DNA of 64,000 nucleotides from Cyanophyceae cyanobacterium (lineage in GTDB: Bacteria; Cyanobacteriota; Cyanobacteriia; Cyanobacteriales; JBHJGN01). The stretch lies in contig JBHJGN010000024.1 in the NCBI GenBank assembly GCA_050331735.1, positions 10,755 to 74,754 on the forward strand, read 5' to 3'. The notes under the pieces were generated by a model. The model was not told where the DNA came from. It worked only from the letters and a program-made list of their open reading frames with translations, and ran no database searches. This document shows positions 1-10,306 of this stretch, piece after piece (position 1 is the stretch's first letter; each line of letters opens with the position of its first letter). The position numbers and the translations under genes are program-made.

Positions 1-600
1 GAGTGGACGCAGCGGGAACGCCGTCAGGTGTTGGCGGCGCGGTCCCAGTTTAGCGTGGGAATTGATGCCTTTGAGGCCACCGTGAATGAAAATGCGCCAG
101 ACAGCCAGTTTTTTGCCTGGCGCGGTCAATTACTTTATCTGCTGCTGCTCGATGCGACCGCTGATGCCTCCGGGGGACCGACCCTGCTGCTGCGCTCGGA
201 TCTTCAGCTCGCCACAGACTCTCTGCTGTCGCTCGAGCAGTTTGCCCTCGGTGGTCAGTTTACGGTGCGGGGGTATCGACAGAATGCGCTGCTGAGCGAT
301 AATGGCGTTTTGGCTGCGGCTGAAGTTCGCCTGCCCATCGCTCAAGCGGAATCGTTAAGGAGCACCTTACAGGTGGTTCCGTTTGTCGATTTTGGCTATG
401 CCTGGAATACTAACCGAGCGGACCCCGAAACAGATACTTTAATTGGCATTGGTCTCGGTTTACTATGGCAAGGGGAAAACTTGTCGGCTCGCCTAGATTT
501 TGGCATTCCTTTGACAGATACTGATAGCGTGGGAGATGAAAGTACGTGGCAAGAAAATGGCGTTTATTTTCAGGTCGAGTACAACTTCAATCCGTTTTGA
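1..600 (+). CDS. ShlB/FhaC/HecB-family (TpsB) outer-membrane secretion/activation protein, C-terminal part (5'-truncated by window edge)
   Basis: EQFALGGQFTVRGY motif, amphipathic beta-strands, terminal Phe (YNFNPF); directly upstream of a CHAT gene, as in cyanobacterial TPS clusters. Confidence 0.9.
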   Translation, partial: EWTQRERRQVLAARSQFSVGIDAFEATVNENAPDSQFFAWRGQLLYLLLLDATADASGGPTLLLRSDLQLATDSLLSLEQFALGGQFTVRGYRQNALLSDNGVLAAAEVRLPIAQAESLRSTLQVVPFVDFGYAWNTNRADPETDTLIGIGLGLLWQGENLSARLDFGIPLTDTDSVGDESTWQENGVYFQVEYNFNPF

Positions 601-3293
601 GCTGGTGCGGGAGCGCTACTGGAAATTTAAGAAGGCGGAAACGGCGAATTTGGGGAGTAATGCTAGCGGCGTTATTGGGGCTGCTGTCTGTGCTGAGTCT
701 TCCGGTGCTTTCTCAGTCACCGTCTCCGTCCACGGGAGGATTAGCCCTCGCCCGAGCAGCCCAGCAACGCTATAGCGTCGGGCAATTCGACGAAGCGGCC
801 AAGCTTTGGCAGCAGGCGGCGGAGCAGTACGAGCAGGCAGGCGATCGCCAAGGGACGACTAAAAGCCTGATCGACAGGTCGCAAGCGCTCCAAAATCTCG
901 GACTGTATCCCAAAGCCTGCGATACTCTGCTCCAGGCGTTTGCGGTCGATACGCTGGAGTGTCGCCCACCACAGCTAGCCGCTCTCTGGGAACAGGTGTT
1001 TCCCCAGGCTCTTTCGCTCACCGAAGCCGTAGGGCTACGCAGCCTCGGTCACGTACTGCGTCGGCAAGGCTTTTTAGACCAGTCTCAAGACTTTTTACGG
1101 CTCAGCCTCGCCGCTACCCGAGGAACTCCCCAAGAAAGCGCTACGCTGCTAAGTTTAGGAAATACAGAACGAGCGCTCGCCCATCGCCTCCGCGATCGCC
1201 TCGACTACGAGCAGATTACCGCCATTATCGACCGCCAATCGGTGTCAGCGGCGCTCGAGCCTTACCAAGAAACGGTTCGCCTCTATCGGACGGCGGCGCG
1301 TTCTGCCTCACCGCTGATTTCCGTCCAGGCACAGCTCAACCATCTAAGCCTCCTGTTAAATATTCAGCAGTGGTGGAGCGAGCAGATTAGCCGACGCACC
1401 AACTCCTGGTCGCGGCTGAAACAGACAAAGCTCAGCAAGCGCGCCGCCAGTTTTTCATCCCAGCTAGACAGGCAGCTCGACAGCAGCACTCAGCGGTTGC
1501 AGCGGCAACTTTGGGCTAGCGTTGCGTCTTTACCCTCCAGTCGGGCCGCTATTAATGCTCGGATCAACTATGCTAATTGTCTCATTCGGCTTCAGCAGCT
1601 CGACCGAGCAAAAGCGATGCTAGCAACGGCTCAAGAACAGGCCAGAGCGATCGCCGACTGGCAAGCCCAGAGTTATACTTTAGGCTATTTAGGCAGAATT
1701 AGCTTTCTCCAGGGACAAATCGAGCCCGCTCTTGACCTCACCCGACAGGCGCTGCTGCTTGCCCAGGAACATCAGCTTGTCGGAGACTCGCGTGAAATTT
1801 CCTATTTGTGGCAGTTTCAGCTCGGGCGCTTGCTCCAAGAACAGAATCCATCAGAGGCGATCGCGGCCTATGCCGCTGCTTACAACACGCTCCAGTCTCT
1901 GCGGAGCGATCTTAACGCCAATAATCAAGACCTTCAGTTCGACTTTCGGGAGGAAGTCAAGCCCGTTTACCTCGGTCTCGTCGATCTGCTGCTTCAGGCA
2001 GAGCTGACGGAGGCTGAATTAGCGTCTTTAGTCTTGCTCGACACGGTCCAAGATGAACTGGGACGACAAGAAGTCACGGCCACCAGTAAGCTCAAGCTGG
2101 CGCGAAACATCATCGAATCTCTTCAGCTTGCAGAGTTAGACAACTTCTTTCAAGATCCCTGTGTTGAGGAGAGCGCCGTCGCGGTGCAGCTTGACGACCT
2201 CGACCCGCGAGCAGCGGTTCTCTATCCAATCGTTTTACCAGACCGGGTGGCCGTGATTCTTTCCTTACCGGATCGGACTCTACGCGCTAGTGCCACTCCC
2301 ATCGGTGAAACAGCCGTAAACGCTACCCTCGATACTCTTTACGATCGCCTCGATAACCCCACGGTAGATAACTCAGCCCGCAACATTCTCTCCACCTCTA
2401 ATCCGATCCAGGGAGAGCTAGCCGAAAACCTCCAAAGCCTGTTGCCGATGCTAACGCAAGTATACGACTGGCTAATTCGACCGTTTGAAACCGAGCTAGC
2501 GACGAGTCAAATTGAAACTCTGGTGTTCGTGCTCAACGGTCAGCTTCAGAAAGTTCCCATGGCGGCACTCTACGATGGCCAACACTATTTGCTGGAAAAT
2601 TACCAGATTGCGCTCGCTCCTAGCCTACAGCTTCTCAATCCCAATCCTCTAGACAGCCAGCGGCTGAGAGTGTTGGCGGCTGGAGTGAGTCAGCCAGCGC
2701 AGGTGCGCGGAGAAACGTTTCCGGCTCTAGATAACGTCCCGGAAGAACTGAATCAGATTCAATCCGTTTTCCCCCGTTCTCGACAGCTTCTTAACGAGGA
2801 GTTTACCGTTTCGTCTCTTCAGACTCAGCTTCAAGAAGACTTTCCCGTGGTTCATTTTGCCACCCATGCTCAGTTTAGCTCTAATCCCGAACAGAATTTT
2901 ATCGTAACGGGACAAGACAGCAGTCTTGGCATCGAGCAGTTGAGTAATCTTTTTCAAGCTGAATCTGCTCCTGAATTGTTAGTCCTGAGTGCCTGTCAAA
3001 CCGCCACCGGAGACGAGCAGGCAGTCTTAGGTTTGGCAGGAGTCGCTGTGCGTTCGGGAATCCGCAGTACGCTCGCGACTCTCTGGCCCGTTGAAGACGT
3101 TTCTACGGCTCAATTGATGGGACAGTTTTATCAGGAGTTAGCCCAGCCGACAACACAATCGGAGGCGCTTAGAAGTGCTCAGCTATCGCTCCTAGACAGG
3201 CTGAAAGTCAACCCCCCCATGCCTGAGCTGCAAGGCTTGCCTCCTCATCCCTACTATTGGGCACCCTACGTTCTCGTCGGTAATTGGCAGTAA
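597..3293 (+). CDS. TPR + CHAT (caspase-like peptidase) domain protein, probably secreted
   Basis: TPR-like helices, QLAELDNFF, HFATH and LSACQT (His/Cys dyad), HPYYWAPYVLVGNW C-terminus; signal-peptide-like RRRKRR+hydrophobic stretch. Start uncertain (TTG 597 overlapping the upstream stop, or ATG 660). Confidence 0.88.
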   Translation: MSWCGSATGNLRRRKRRIWGVMLAALLGLLSVLSLPVLSQSPSPSTGGLALARAAQQRYSVGQFDEAAKLWQQAAEQYEQAGDRQGTTKSLIDRSQALQNLGLYPKACDTLLQAFAVDTLECRPPQLAALWEQVFPQALSLTEAVGLRSLGHVLRRQGFLDQSQDFLRLSLAATRGTPQESATLLSLGNTERALAHRLRDRLDYEQITAIIDRQSVSAALEPYQETVRLYRTAARSASPLISVQAQLNHLSLLLNIQQWWSEQISRRTNSWSRLKQTKLSKRAASFSSQLDRQLDSSTQRLQRQLWASVASLPSSRAAINARINYANCLIRLQQLDRAKAMLATAQEQARAIADWQAQSYTLGYLGRISFLQGQIEPALDLTRQALLLAQEHQLVGDSREISYLWQFQLGRLLQEQNPSEAIAAYAAAYNTLQSLRSDLNANNQDLQFDFREEVKPVYLGLVDLLLQAELTEAELASLVLLDTVQDELGRQEVTATSKLKLARNIIESLQLAELDNFFQDPCVEESAVAVQLDDLDPRAAVLYPIVLPDRVAVILSLPDRTLRASATPIGETAVNATLDTLYDRLDNPTVDNSARNILSTSNPIQGELAENLQSLLPMLTQVYDWLIRPFETELATSQIETLVFVLNGQLQKVPMAALYDGQHYLLENYQIALAPSLQLLNPNPLDSQRLRVLAAGVSQPAQVRGETFPALDNVPEELNQIQSVFPRSRQLLNEEFTVSSLQTQLQEDFPVVHFATHAQFSSNPEQNFIVTGQDSSLGIEQLSNLFQAESAPELLVLSACQTATGDEQAVLGLAGVAVRSGIRSTLATLWPVEDVSTAQLMGQFYQELAQPTTQSEALRSAQLSLLDRLKVNPPMPELQGLPPHPYYWAPYVLVGNWQ
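841..848. repeat. HIP1 octamer GCGATCGC (example; iterated throughout the window)
   Basis: Recurs dozens of times in coding and non-coding DNA; a cyanobacterial hallmark. Confidence 0.9.
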
Positions 3294-3294
3294 G

Positions 3295-3478
3295 TCGCTG
3301 CGCGACGGGGAGAATCGCTCGCGATGGGGAAAGGGGGAAACTGTCCCTATCGGGACGGGGAAAGAACACAGAAGCGAGTAATCGGCTGAGTCCTCCTTCC
3401 TTTCCCCTTTACCCCTTCCCCTTTACCCGTTGCGGAGCAACTTTTCCCGGCACCTGCGGTGCCCGCAGCGAAGCTGCG
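3295..3478. repeat. Modular purine/pyrimidine-rich intergenic repeat (family C: GGGGAAA/TTTCCCC heptamers plus short hairpins)
   Basis: Shares AAGAACACAGAAG.GAG..AATCGGCTGAGTC and CCCGTTGCGGAGCAACTT with 7372-7570. Confidence 0.75.
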
Positions 3479-4447
3479 TTAGTATTTTTCTCCGGCTTCT
3501 TCTTCGTAATATTCTGGCTCTTTCCGCTTTTCAGGAATGTTGATGCGGGGAGGATCGTAGGGTTCGGGTTCTACGTCGTCATCCCAAACGTCATTGTGAA
3601 CATCACCGTACTCGTAAGCTTCCTCGTCAGCGGGTTCGTATTCAAGCTGAGCTTCATAGCGAGCGGGAGGTTCACTTCTGACCTCGCCCCAGTTATCCTC
3701 TTCTCCTTCATACTGCTCATAGCGAGCTTCAGCTCTCTGCGGTGGCGGTACGCGGCGAGATTCTTCCCACGCATCTTCATCCCAGCGCTCTTCAACAACG
3801 GGGCGCGCTTCAACCGGAGTCCGTACCGGAATTCCTGTCCCGAGCTGATTTTCCGGCTTGACCGTGGGAGGATAGTACATTTCTTCTTCGTCTTTTTCCC
3901 AAGGAGGTCTGCCAATACCAACGCGCTCTAGAACACCAACCGTAAGCTGAGAGAGGGTATTTTCGGCATCCTCAAACACGATGAGGCGATTTGGTCCGCT
4001 ACTGACAATCTGCTCGACCGGAAGCTCGTAGGTGCTAATGACCTGGTCGGGAATTTGGGGCACCCCAATAGAAGCCAGGATCAGCGAGGAAACCGTGCCG
4101 TTCTCAAGGTTGAACTGAAAGTCTCTCACTTTGCCCAAGGGTTCTCCGGTTTCGGTAATGACTTCACACCCAATGAGCTGATTGTAGGCCTCAACATCAA
4201 CATCTTCAATTACGTCCTCATCCTCGACGAGAACCACATCACCGCTTTGACGAATGCTGGTGAGGTACATATATTTGGGAATTCCAGAAAGAGCAAGTCG
4301 ATTATCGCGGAGACCTAACGCCACGACCTCCCGGCGATCAATATCGACTAATACTTCTCGGACAACTCCTAACCGCTTTCCGGTGTTGCGAGTAATCACT
4401 TGAGTATTAAGAAATTCGTTACGAAGACGGATATAGTCAGTTGTCAT
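3479..4447 (-). CDS. PRC-barrel domain protein (tandem PRC barrels, acidic C-terminal tail)
   Basis: Two VITxxGxxLGxVxxxxxD repeats; E/D/Y/P-rich tail typical of the conserved cyanobacterial protein. Confidence 0.88.
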   Translation of the reverse strand: MTTDYIRLRNEFLNTQVITRNTGKRLGVVREVLVDIDRREVVALGLRDNRLALSGIPKYMYLTSIRQSGDVVLVEDEDVIEDVDVEAYNQLIGCEVITETGEPLGKVRDFQFNLENGTVSSLILASIGVPQIPDQVISTYELPVEQIVSSGPNRLIVFEDAENTLSQLTVGVLERVGIGRPPWEKDEEEMYYPPTVKPENQLGTGIPVRTPVEARPVVEERWDEDAWEESRRVPPPQRAEARYEQYEGEEDNWGEVRSEPPARYEAQLEYEPADEEAYEYGDVHNDVWDDDVEPEPYDPPRINIPEKRKEPEYYEEEAGEKY

Positions 4448-4631
4448 AGTGTCCTGTTTTGTGGGAAGGCTTTTACATCCAGTAGAAATATAAAGATTTT
4501 CTTAAGCAACACGTTTTTAACTTAATTCATAGATGATAGCTTAAGATTTACATTATTTAATAATTGAGGTTTAAATACAGCAGCTTTCACTTTAATGAGG
4601 TATGGTTTAACGTCTTAGTTTTTTGTTAATT

Positions 4632-4742
4632 GTGAGGGCGTAGTTCCGAGGTTTTCAACTCCTGCGGAGACGCTTCGCGAACGGAACGTAAGACCGTCCG
4701 AATGGTTGATGGTTCCTCGCATCCTTCGATGGCGTCCCTCAC
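4632..4742. ncRNA. Candidate structured RNA (multi-stem junction) carrying a 21-nt insert
   Basis: GC-rich island in an AT-rich intergenic region; closing stem GTGAGGG-CG/CG-T-CCCTCAC and three internal hairpins; family not recognised. Confidence 0.4.
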
Positions 4743-5129
4743 TCGTTCAAAAAACTCTATACATTCATTCAGCATTCAGCGATTTTAAAACCGCAGTCTC
4801 GAGCAGTAAACAGCCTGCGAGCACTAAAAATAGTTGAGTAAGCTTACTGACTTTTTCTATTTTAGCTAATCGCTCTGCGCTGGCTGTACTCGCTGAGCAA
4901 TAAACTCCGTCGCGACTAAACCCTGAGCTACTCATAGCATGGAATCGTGTTAAGACCACCGAGCGTAGCAGACCCCAAAATTAGCTTCAATGGTATTCCC
5001 GCTGAAGGCGAAGCCTGCCCAGATTACCTGCATGAAATGAGCTTCTCGGTGAATGTGTACCCTTTGGTGCTGACAGTTAATCAGTTACCTGTCACGATCG
5101 AGCTATCTCTTTAGAAATGCCCGTTAATT

Positions 5130-5819
5130 TTGTCTCTTTCTCAGCCTAACCAGATACTAGCTGCCCTACCCAACGCAGAATATCAGCGCCTTGCTCCTCA
5201 TCTCACTGCCAGTGAGCTATCTGCCAATCAAAACCTCTTTAAACCCAAGCAAAAGACTTTCTCGGCGTATTTCCCTACTCAAGGAGTTGTTTCATTAGTC
5301 ACGGTGATGCAGAACGGCTCCACAACAGAAATTGGTTTGATTGGTCGAGATGGACTCGTCGGCATTTTTCAAACCTTGGGAGAGGACCATATTAATAGTC
5401 GCGCTACTGTTCAAATTGCCGGAGAAGCCTTGCAGATCGATGCCGATACGCTGCGAGCTGAATTTGAGCGAGGCGGCATGTTGCAAAAACTGCTGTTGCG
5501 CTACAGCCTGACGCTATTTAATCAGGTCAGTCAGTGTTCTGCCTGTAACAATCATCATACCGTTGAGCAGCGCTTCGCCCGCTGGCTGCTGATGGTTCAA
5601 GACCGCCTCGACCGGGAGGAATGCATTCCCTTTACTCAGCAATTTCTATCTCGGATGCTCGGAACGCGCCGTGCCAGCATTACTGAAGTTGCTCAAGACG
5701 TTCAGCGCCAGGGAGCGATCGCCTACCATCGCGGTCGGATTGAAATTACTGACCGCCCTGCTCTCGAAGCGATCGCCTGCGAGTGTTATCAGATTGTCAA
5801 AGCTGAGCTGACTCCTTAA
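5130..5819 (+). CDS. Crp/Fnr-family transcriptional regulator
   Basis: cNMP-type domain (YFPTQGVVS..EIGLIGRDG), CNNHHTVEQRFARWLL, HTH TQQFLSRMLGTRR, C-terminal CECY. Confidence 0.93.
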   Translation: MSLSQPNQILAALPNAEYQRLAPHLTASELSANQNLFKPKQKTFSAYFPTQGVVSLVTVMQNGSTTEIGLIGRDGLVGIFQTLGEDHINSRATVQIAGEALQIDADTLRAEFERGGMLQKLLLRYSLTLFNQVSQCSACNNHHTVEQRFARWLLMVQDRLDREECIPFTQQFLSRMLGTRRASITEVAQDVQRQGAIAYHRGRIEITDRPALEAIACECYQIVKAELTP

Positions 5820-6001
5820 TTAAGTCTTCTCCCTCGTGCTGAATTTTTCGATCAGTTGGTACGGCAACTGACCAAACTTTACTACCCCATCAGCTACTGT
5901 AAAGAGTATTCCTTGAGAACGAGCACATAAGAGGCGAATCGTGCTGACTTGTCTGGCAACGCGGTGCTCTTGTTCACTAGCGTACTAAGTAAGTTACAGA
6001 G

Positions 6002-6748
6002 ATGTCCCAACCAAAGTTTGACAATCCCGTTAATCAGCTTTTGGCTGCTTTACCCCAGGCAGACTACCAGCGTCTTTGCCCTCATTTCCAAGCTGTGCAG
6101 CTCTCTCAAAACAAAATTCTTTACAGCGCTGGGGAAGACTATAATTTTGCTTACTTTCCCAGCCACTCGGTAATTTCTAGCATTGCTATTTTAGAGAATG
6201 GCGCGACAACGGAGATTGGAGTGGTTGGTAATGAGGGCATGGTTGGACTGCCAATTATTTTGGATAGCAGTTTTACCCAGACGACAGCGATTGTGCAGGT
6301 GGGTAACAGTGCCTGGAAAATTCCTGCCGCCGCGCTCAAAGCCGAGTTTGATCGGGACGGTGCGCTCCAAAAGCTTCTGCTGCGCTACATTCAAGCACGG
6401 CTAGTCCAGCTCGGTCAAACTGCTGCCTGCAACCGTCACCACTCAATCGAGCAGCGATTTGCCCGCTGGCTGTTAACGGTTCGTGACAGTACCCAGAGGC
6501 ATGAATTTCGGCTGACTCAGGAATTTATCTCCCAGATGCTTGGTGTACGTCGCGCTGGCGTTTCAGAGGTAGCTAGCGAGTTTCAAAAGGCAGAGATTAT
6601 TCGCTATCATCGCGGCTGGATTAAAATTGTCGATCAGATGAGGCTAGAATTAGCAAGCTGTGAGTGTTACCCGCTCATCGCTCAAGAGTTCTCCCGCCTA
6701 GTAGGCAGCCGCTCAAAAGTACTAAGCAGCAACAAGTTAAGCAACTGA
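6002..6748 (+). CDS. Crp/Fnr-family transcriptional regulator (tandem paralog)
   Basis: CNRHHSIEQRFARWLL, TQEFISQMLGVRRAGV, CECY. Confidence 0.93.
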   Translation: MSQPKFDNPVNQLLAALPQADYQRLCPHFQAVQLSQNKILYSAGEDYNFAYFPSHSVISSIAILENGATTEIGVVGNEGMVGLPIILDSSFTQTTAIVQVGNSAWKIPAAALKAEFDRDGALQKLLLRYIQARLVQLGQTAACNRHHSIEQRFARWLLTVRDSTQRHEFRLTQEFISQMLGVRRAGVSEVASEFQKAEIIRYHRGWIKIVDQMRLELASCECYPLIAQEFSRLVGSRSKVLSSNKLSN

Positions 6749-6914
6749 AGAAGGCAAGGTTATGCTCTAACTACTTTCTTGGCGCGAAGCCTTGTCGCTC
6801 CTGATTTTCCACCTCCACAAGCGTAGCTAGTCATTTTAGTTCAGTTCCGTATAGATGAACCAGGGGCATCGCTCTAGACTCTACGTATAGTCGAGCAATG
6901 AACGGAGGCTGATC

Positions 6915-7370
6915 GTGTCCCTGCCCCAATTTTCCCAGCTTTTAGAGGCCAACCTCCTTGCTAATCTGGCATTGCTGATTGTCGATAACAGTAGTGACGA
7001 AAGAGAACTGTTGTCGATGCTATTCCAAGAGTACGGAGCGCAGACCATTGCCGTTTACTCAGCCAGCGAGGCGCTGGCAGTATTGGAATGGTCTCGACCC
7101 GATGTGATTATTAGCGAACTCGTACTCAAGCCAGAGGATGGCTACTCGCTGATTGCTGATATTAGAAGTCGCTCGACCTCCATCAGCCGAATTCCGATAC
7201 TCTCCTTTACTACAGCAGCAAAGGAAAGCGATCGCGCTGCGGCCCTCTCAGCCGGATTTGATGCGCACTTACCCAAACCCACCGATATTGATACTATTGT
7301 GGCCACCGTCGCTCACCTCGCTCGTTCTCAACAGCCAATTTTCGATTGCTCCTCGAATGCGTATAACTAG
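6915..7370 (+). CDS. Single-domain response regulator (receiver), possibly atypical
   Basis: LIVDN, PDVIISE (Glu at the expected phospho-Asp position), GFDAHLPKP. Confidence 0.85.
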   Translation: MSLPQFSQLLEANLLANLALLIVDNSSDERELLSMLFQEYGAQTIAVYSASEALAVLEWSRPDVIISELVLKPEDGYSLIADIRSRSTSISRIPILSFTTAAKESDRAAALSAGFDAHLPKPTDIDTIVATVAHLARSQQPIFDCSSNAYN

Positions 7371-7371
7371 G

Positions 7372-7570
7372 TTGCTGCGGGACGGGAAAATCGCTGCGCG
7401 ATGGGGAAAGGGGAAAGGAAAAGTTGTCGCGTTCGCGACGGGCCAAGAACACAGAAGAGAGGGAATCGGCTGAGTCACCCCCCTTTACCCGTTCCCCCTT
7501 CCCCTTTTCCCGTTGCGGAGCAACTTCCCCTTTACCCGCGCCCACGGCGCTATGCCTGCGGAGCTTCCGT
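7372..7570. repeat. Modular intergenic repeat family C
   Basis: Similar to 3295-3478; GGGGAAA heptamers and short hairpins. Confidence 0.75.
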
Positions 7571-7622
7571 TCTCTTCATTGCTTGTGTTAGCGTGAGGAA
7601 TGACTTGAGGTGCTATGGGTCA

Positions 7623-9116
7623 ATGAAATTTGATGTAGTTGTTATTGGAAGCGGGATTGGGGGCTTAACCGCTGGCGCTTTGTTAGCAAGGTACGGCAAA
7701 ACAGTTCTGGTTTGCGAAAGTCATACTATTCCTGGTGGTGCTGCCCATAGTTTTTCCCAGCGGGGCTTTCATTTCGATTCTGGTCCTTCCTTTTACTGTG
7801 GTTTGGGCAGTGAGCCGAGTTTGAATCCTCTCAAGCAGGTACTTGATGCCTTAGAAGAGTCTTTAGAAGTCGTTCGCTACGATCCGCTTGGGCATTACCA
7901 CTTTCCGGAAGGAACGCTGCCAATCTGGAGCAATCTGCACCAGTATCGTCAAGCGATCGCTCAGTTTACCTCTCAAGGAGCTATAGAACTCGAACGGTTT
8001 GAACAGCGGCTGCTCTCTCTCTACGACTGCCTTAAAGAGATTCCAACGATTACCCTAAGAGCAGATTGGCAGGTGGTTCCAGTGCTGTTATCGCGTTTTC
8101 CGGCTTTAGTGAAAATGCTGCCTCAGCTTGGCGTTGTTAACAGTTCTGTCGGAGACATCATGGATCGGGAGGTTCACGATCCGTGGGTTCGCCGACTGAT
8201 CGATTTAGAATGTTTTTTGCTGTCGGGACTCAAAGCCCACGGAACGATCGCCCCAGAAGTGGCTTTTATGTTGGGAGAGCGCCATCGGGCCGGAGTCGAA
8301 TATCCAGTGGGCGGTAGCGGAGCGATTGTCAAAGCTTTGGTATCAGGACTAGAACGGTGGGGCGGAAAGCTCCGTCTGCGATCGCACGTCGAGCAAATTC
8401 TGGTCGCATCCGGCCAGGTGACGGGCGTACAGTTACGCTCTGGGGAAGTGATTGAAGCTCCGATCGTCATCTCTAACGCGACGGTTTGGGATACCTACGG
8501 TAAGCTGTTGCGCCCGGAAGATTTACCGACCGCTTGTCAACAGCAGCTAGCAACGCCCGCCATCGATAGCTTTATGCACCTCCACCTCGGCATTACAGCA
8601 GACGGGCTTGACCGCTTAAGCGGACATCACGTCGTCGTTCACAGCAGCGAACGGGATCTTACTGAACCGGGCAATACCTGCATGATCTCCATTCCTTCGG
8701 TTTGGGATCGTTCTTTAGCCCCGACTGGGCATCACGTGGTTCATGCCTATACCCTCGAACCCTATCAGGGCTGGCAGCAAGCCGGGTATGAAGAGAGAAA
8801 GCAACAGCGAGCGCAACCTTTATATCGGGCTTTAGAAACAGTGATTCCCGATTTGAGCGATCGCATTAGCTTAGAATTAATCGGCACTCCGCTCACTCAT
8901 GCTCGTTTCCTGCGTCGTCATCAGGGAACTTACGGTCCAGCCATTCCAGCCGGACAGGGATTGTTCCCGAGTTGCCATACTCCGATTTCTGGCTTATACC
9001 GTGTGGGAGACAGTACTTTACCTGGAATTGGAGTTCCCGCAGTTGCTGCCTCTGGCATTTTGTGCGCGAATACGCTCGTTCCACTGCGGCAAACAAAGAA
9101 GATGCTGAATCATTAA
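7623..9116 (+). CDS. FAD-dependent phytoene dehydrogenase/CrtISO-like oxidoreductase
   Basis: MKFDVVVIGSGIGGL Rossmann motif, FDSGPS, GTPLTHARF, GDSTLPGIGVPAVAASG; ATG 7623 chosen because the upstream extension is repeat-derived. Confidence 0.88.
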   Translation: MKFDVVVIGSGIGGLTAGALLARYGKTVLVCESHTIPGGAAHSFSQRGFHFDSGPSFYCGLGSEPSLNPLKQVLDALEESLEVVRYDPLGHYHFPEGTLPIWSNLHQYRQAIAQFTSQGAIELERFEQRLLSLYDCLKEIPTITLRADWQVVPVLLSRFPALVKMLPQLGVVNSSVGDIMDREVHDPWVRRLIDLECFLLSGLKAHGTIAPEVAFMLGERHRAGVEYPVGGSGAIVKALVSGLERWGGKLRLRSHVEQILVASGQVTGVQLRSGEVIEAPIVISNATVWDTYGKLLRPEDLPTACQQQLATPAIDSFMHLHLGITADGLDRLSGHHVVVHSSERDLTEPGNTCMISIPSVWDRSLAPTGHHVVHAYTLEPYQGWQQAGYEERKQQRAQPLYRALETVIPDLSDRISLELIGTPLTHARFLRRHQGTYGPAIPAGQGLFPSCHTPISGLYRVGDSTLPGIGVPAVAASGILCANTLVPLRQTKKMLNH

Positions 9117-9367
9117 AAATGCCAAGTCAACAATACTTGTTCAATTTTTGGCATTGCTGCCAATCGTCATGACAGCCTAGACTAAACCAGATTGAAATTG
9201 ACCGTAAACGACTAATCTCTATTCATCCTCATCATTCCCTATCTAGCAACCCCTGATTTTTCCGTCTGCTCAAGCTCTCTGTAGGATGCAGCTAGGAGCT
9301 AGCCTTGTGGCATCTCGGTCATTCTCGTTCTTGGGTGTAAACTGCTATCTATGAACCGCTACCGTGC

Positions 9368-10306
9368 ATGAAAGCTCTAAAAGTTATTAAGCCCTATCTA
9401 CGCTGGTTTATTTTAGGCGGAACGCTCTTTTTCCTGCTCAAAGCCTTTAAAGACCGCTGGCAAGACGTGCTGGCGGTACAGATTAATTCTCAGGGCTGGC
9501 TCGTTCTGGCGATCGCCTTACTCGTGACTTTCTGTGCTCATGCGTGGTCTGGCTGGGTATGGACGTGGATTCTCAAAGCGTTTCGGCAACCCCTCCGCGG
9601 TTGGCCAGCCGTTCGGGTTTATTTGGTGACGAATATTGCTAAATACCTTCCAGGCAACGTTTGGCATTTCTACGGACGCATAGCGGCAGTGACCAAAACT
9701 GGAGGCTCTATTGGGGTCGCCAGCCTGAGTGTGTTGCTCGAGCCTCTCCTCATGGCGGCAGCGGCTTTATTAGTTGCCCTGCTTTGTGGAGCTTCAAGTT
9801 GGGTGAGACTGGCCACAGCTCAAAGCCTCGGACTACAAATTCTCAGTCTTGTCTTTGTCTTGGGAGGAATCCATCCGCGCCTCCTTAATCCAGTTGTTCA
9901 TGCCCTCAGCCGTTCTAAAACAGCGAGTGCCGAGACAGTCGTCCTCCAGCAATATCCCTTTGTCCCTTTACTCGGAGAAGTTGGTTTTGTCCTGCTGCGA
10001 GGCGCGGGCTTTCTGTTAACGGTGGGAGCATTAATGTCTATCACGCCTCAACAGCTCCCTTCATTGCTCAGTGCCTTTAGCTTTGCCTGGTTACTTGGAC
10101 TAATTGTCCCAGGCGCACCAGGAGGTCTAGGCGTTTTTGAAGCCACAATTATTGCTCTTTTAAACGATCAGGTTCCGGCAGAAATTATTCTAAGCACGGT
10201 AGCAATCTTTCGCTTTATTAGTATTGTTGCAGAAGCGATCGCCGCCGGAATTTCCTGGCTTGGATCTTCAGGCAATCGCGCCAGTCAGCAGGCGGACCAC
10301 CCCTAG
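9368..10306 (+). CDS. Lysylphosphatidylglycerol synthase TM-domain (UPF0104) membrane protein
   Basis: KYLPGNVW and PGAPGGLGVFE motifs, multiple TM helices. Confidence 0.85.
   Translation: MKALKVIKPYLRWFILGGTLFFLLKAFKDRWQDVLAVQINSQGWLVLAIALLVTFCAHAWSGWVWTWILKAFRQPLRGWPAVRVYLVTNIAKYLPGNVWHFYGRIAAVTKTGGSIGVASLSVLLEPLLMAAAALLVALLCGASSWVRLATAQSLGLQILSLVFVLGGIHPRLLNPVVHALSRSKTASAETVVLQQYPFVPLLGEVGFVLLRGAGFLLTVGALMSITPQQLPSLLSAFSFAWLLGLIVPGAPGGLGVFEATIIALLNDQVPAEIILSTVAIFRFISIVAEAIAAGISWLGSSGNRASQQADHP

Noticed and set aside
3284..3931. 215-aa plus-strand ORF
   Set aside because: Antisense shadow of the PRC-barrel gene that starts in repeat DNA
7401..7622. N-terminal extension of the oxidoreductase ORF
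   Set aside because: Translates repeat DNA; the Rossmann motif begins at ATG 7623
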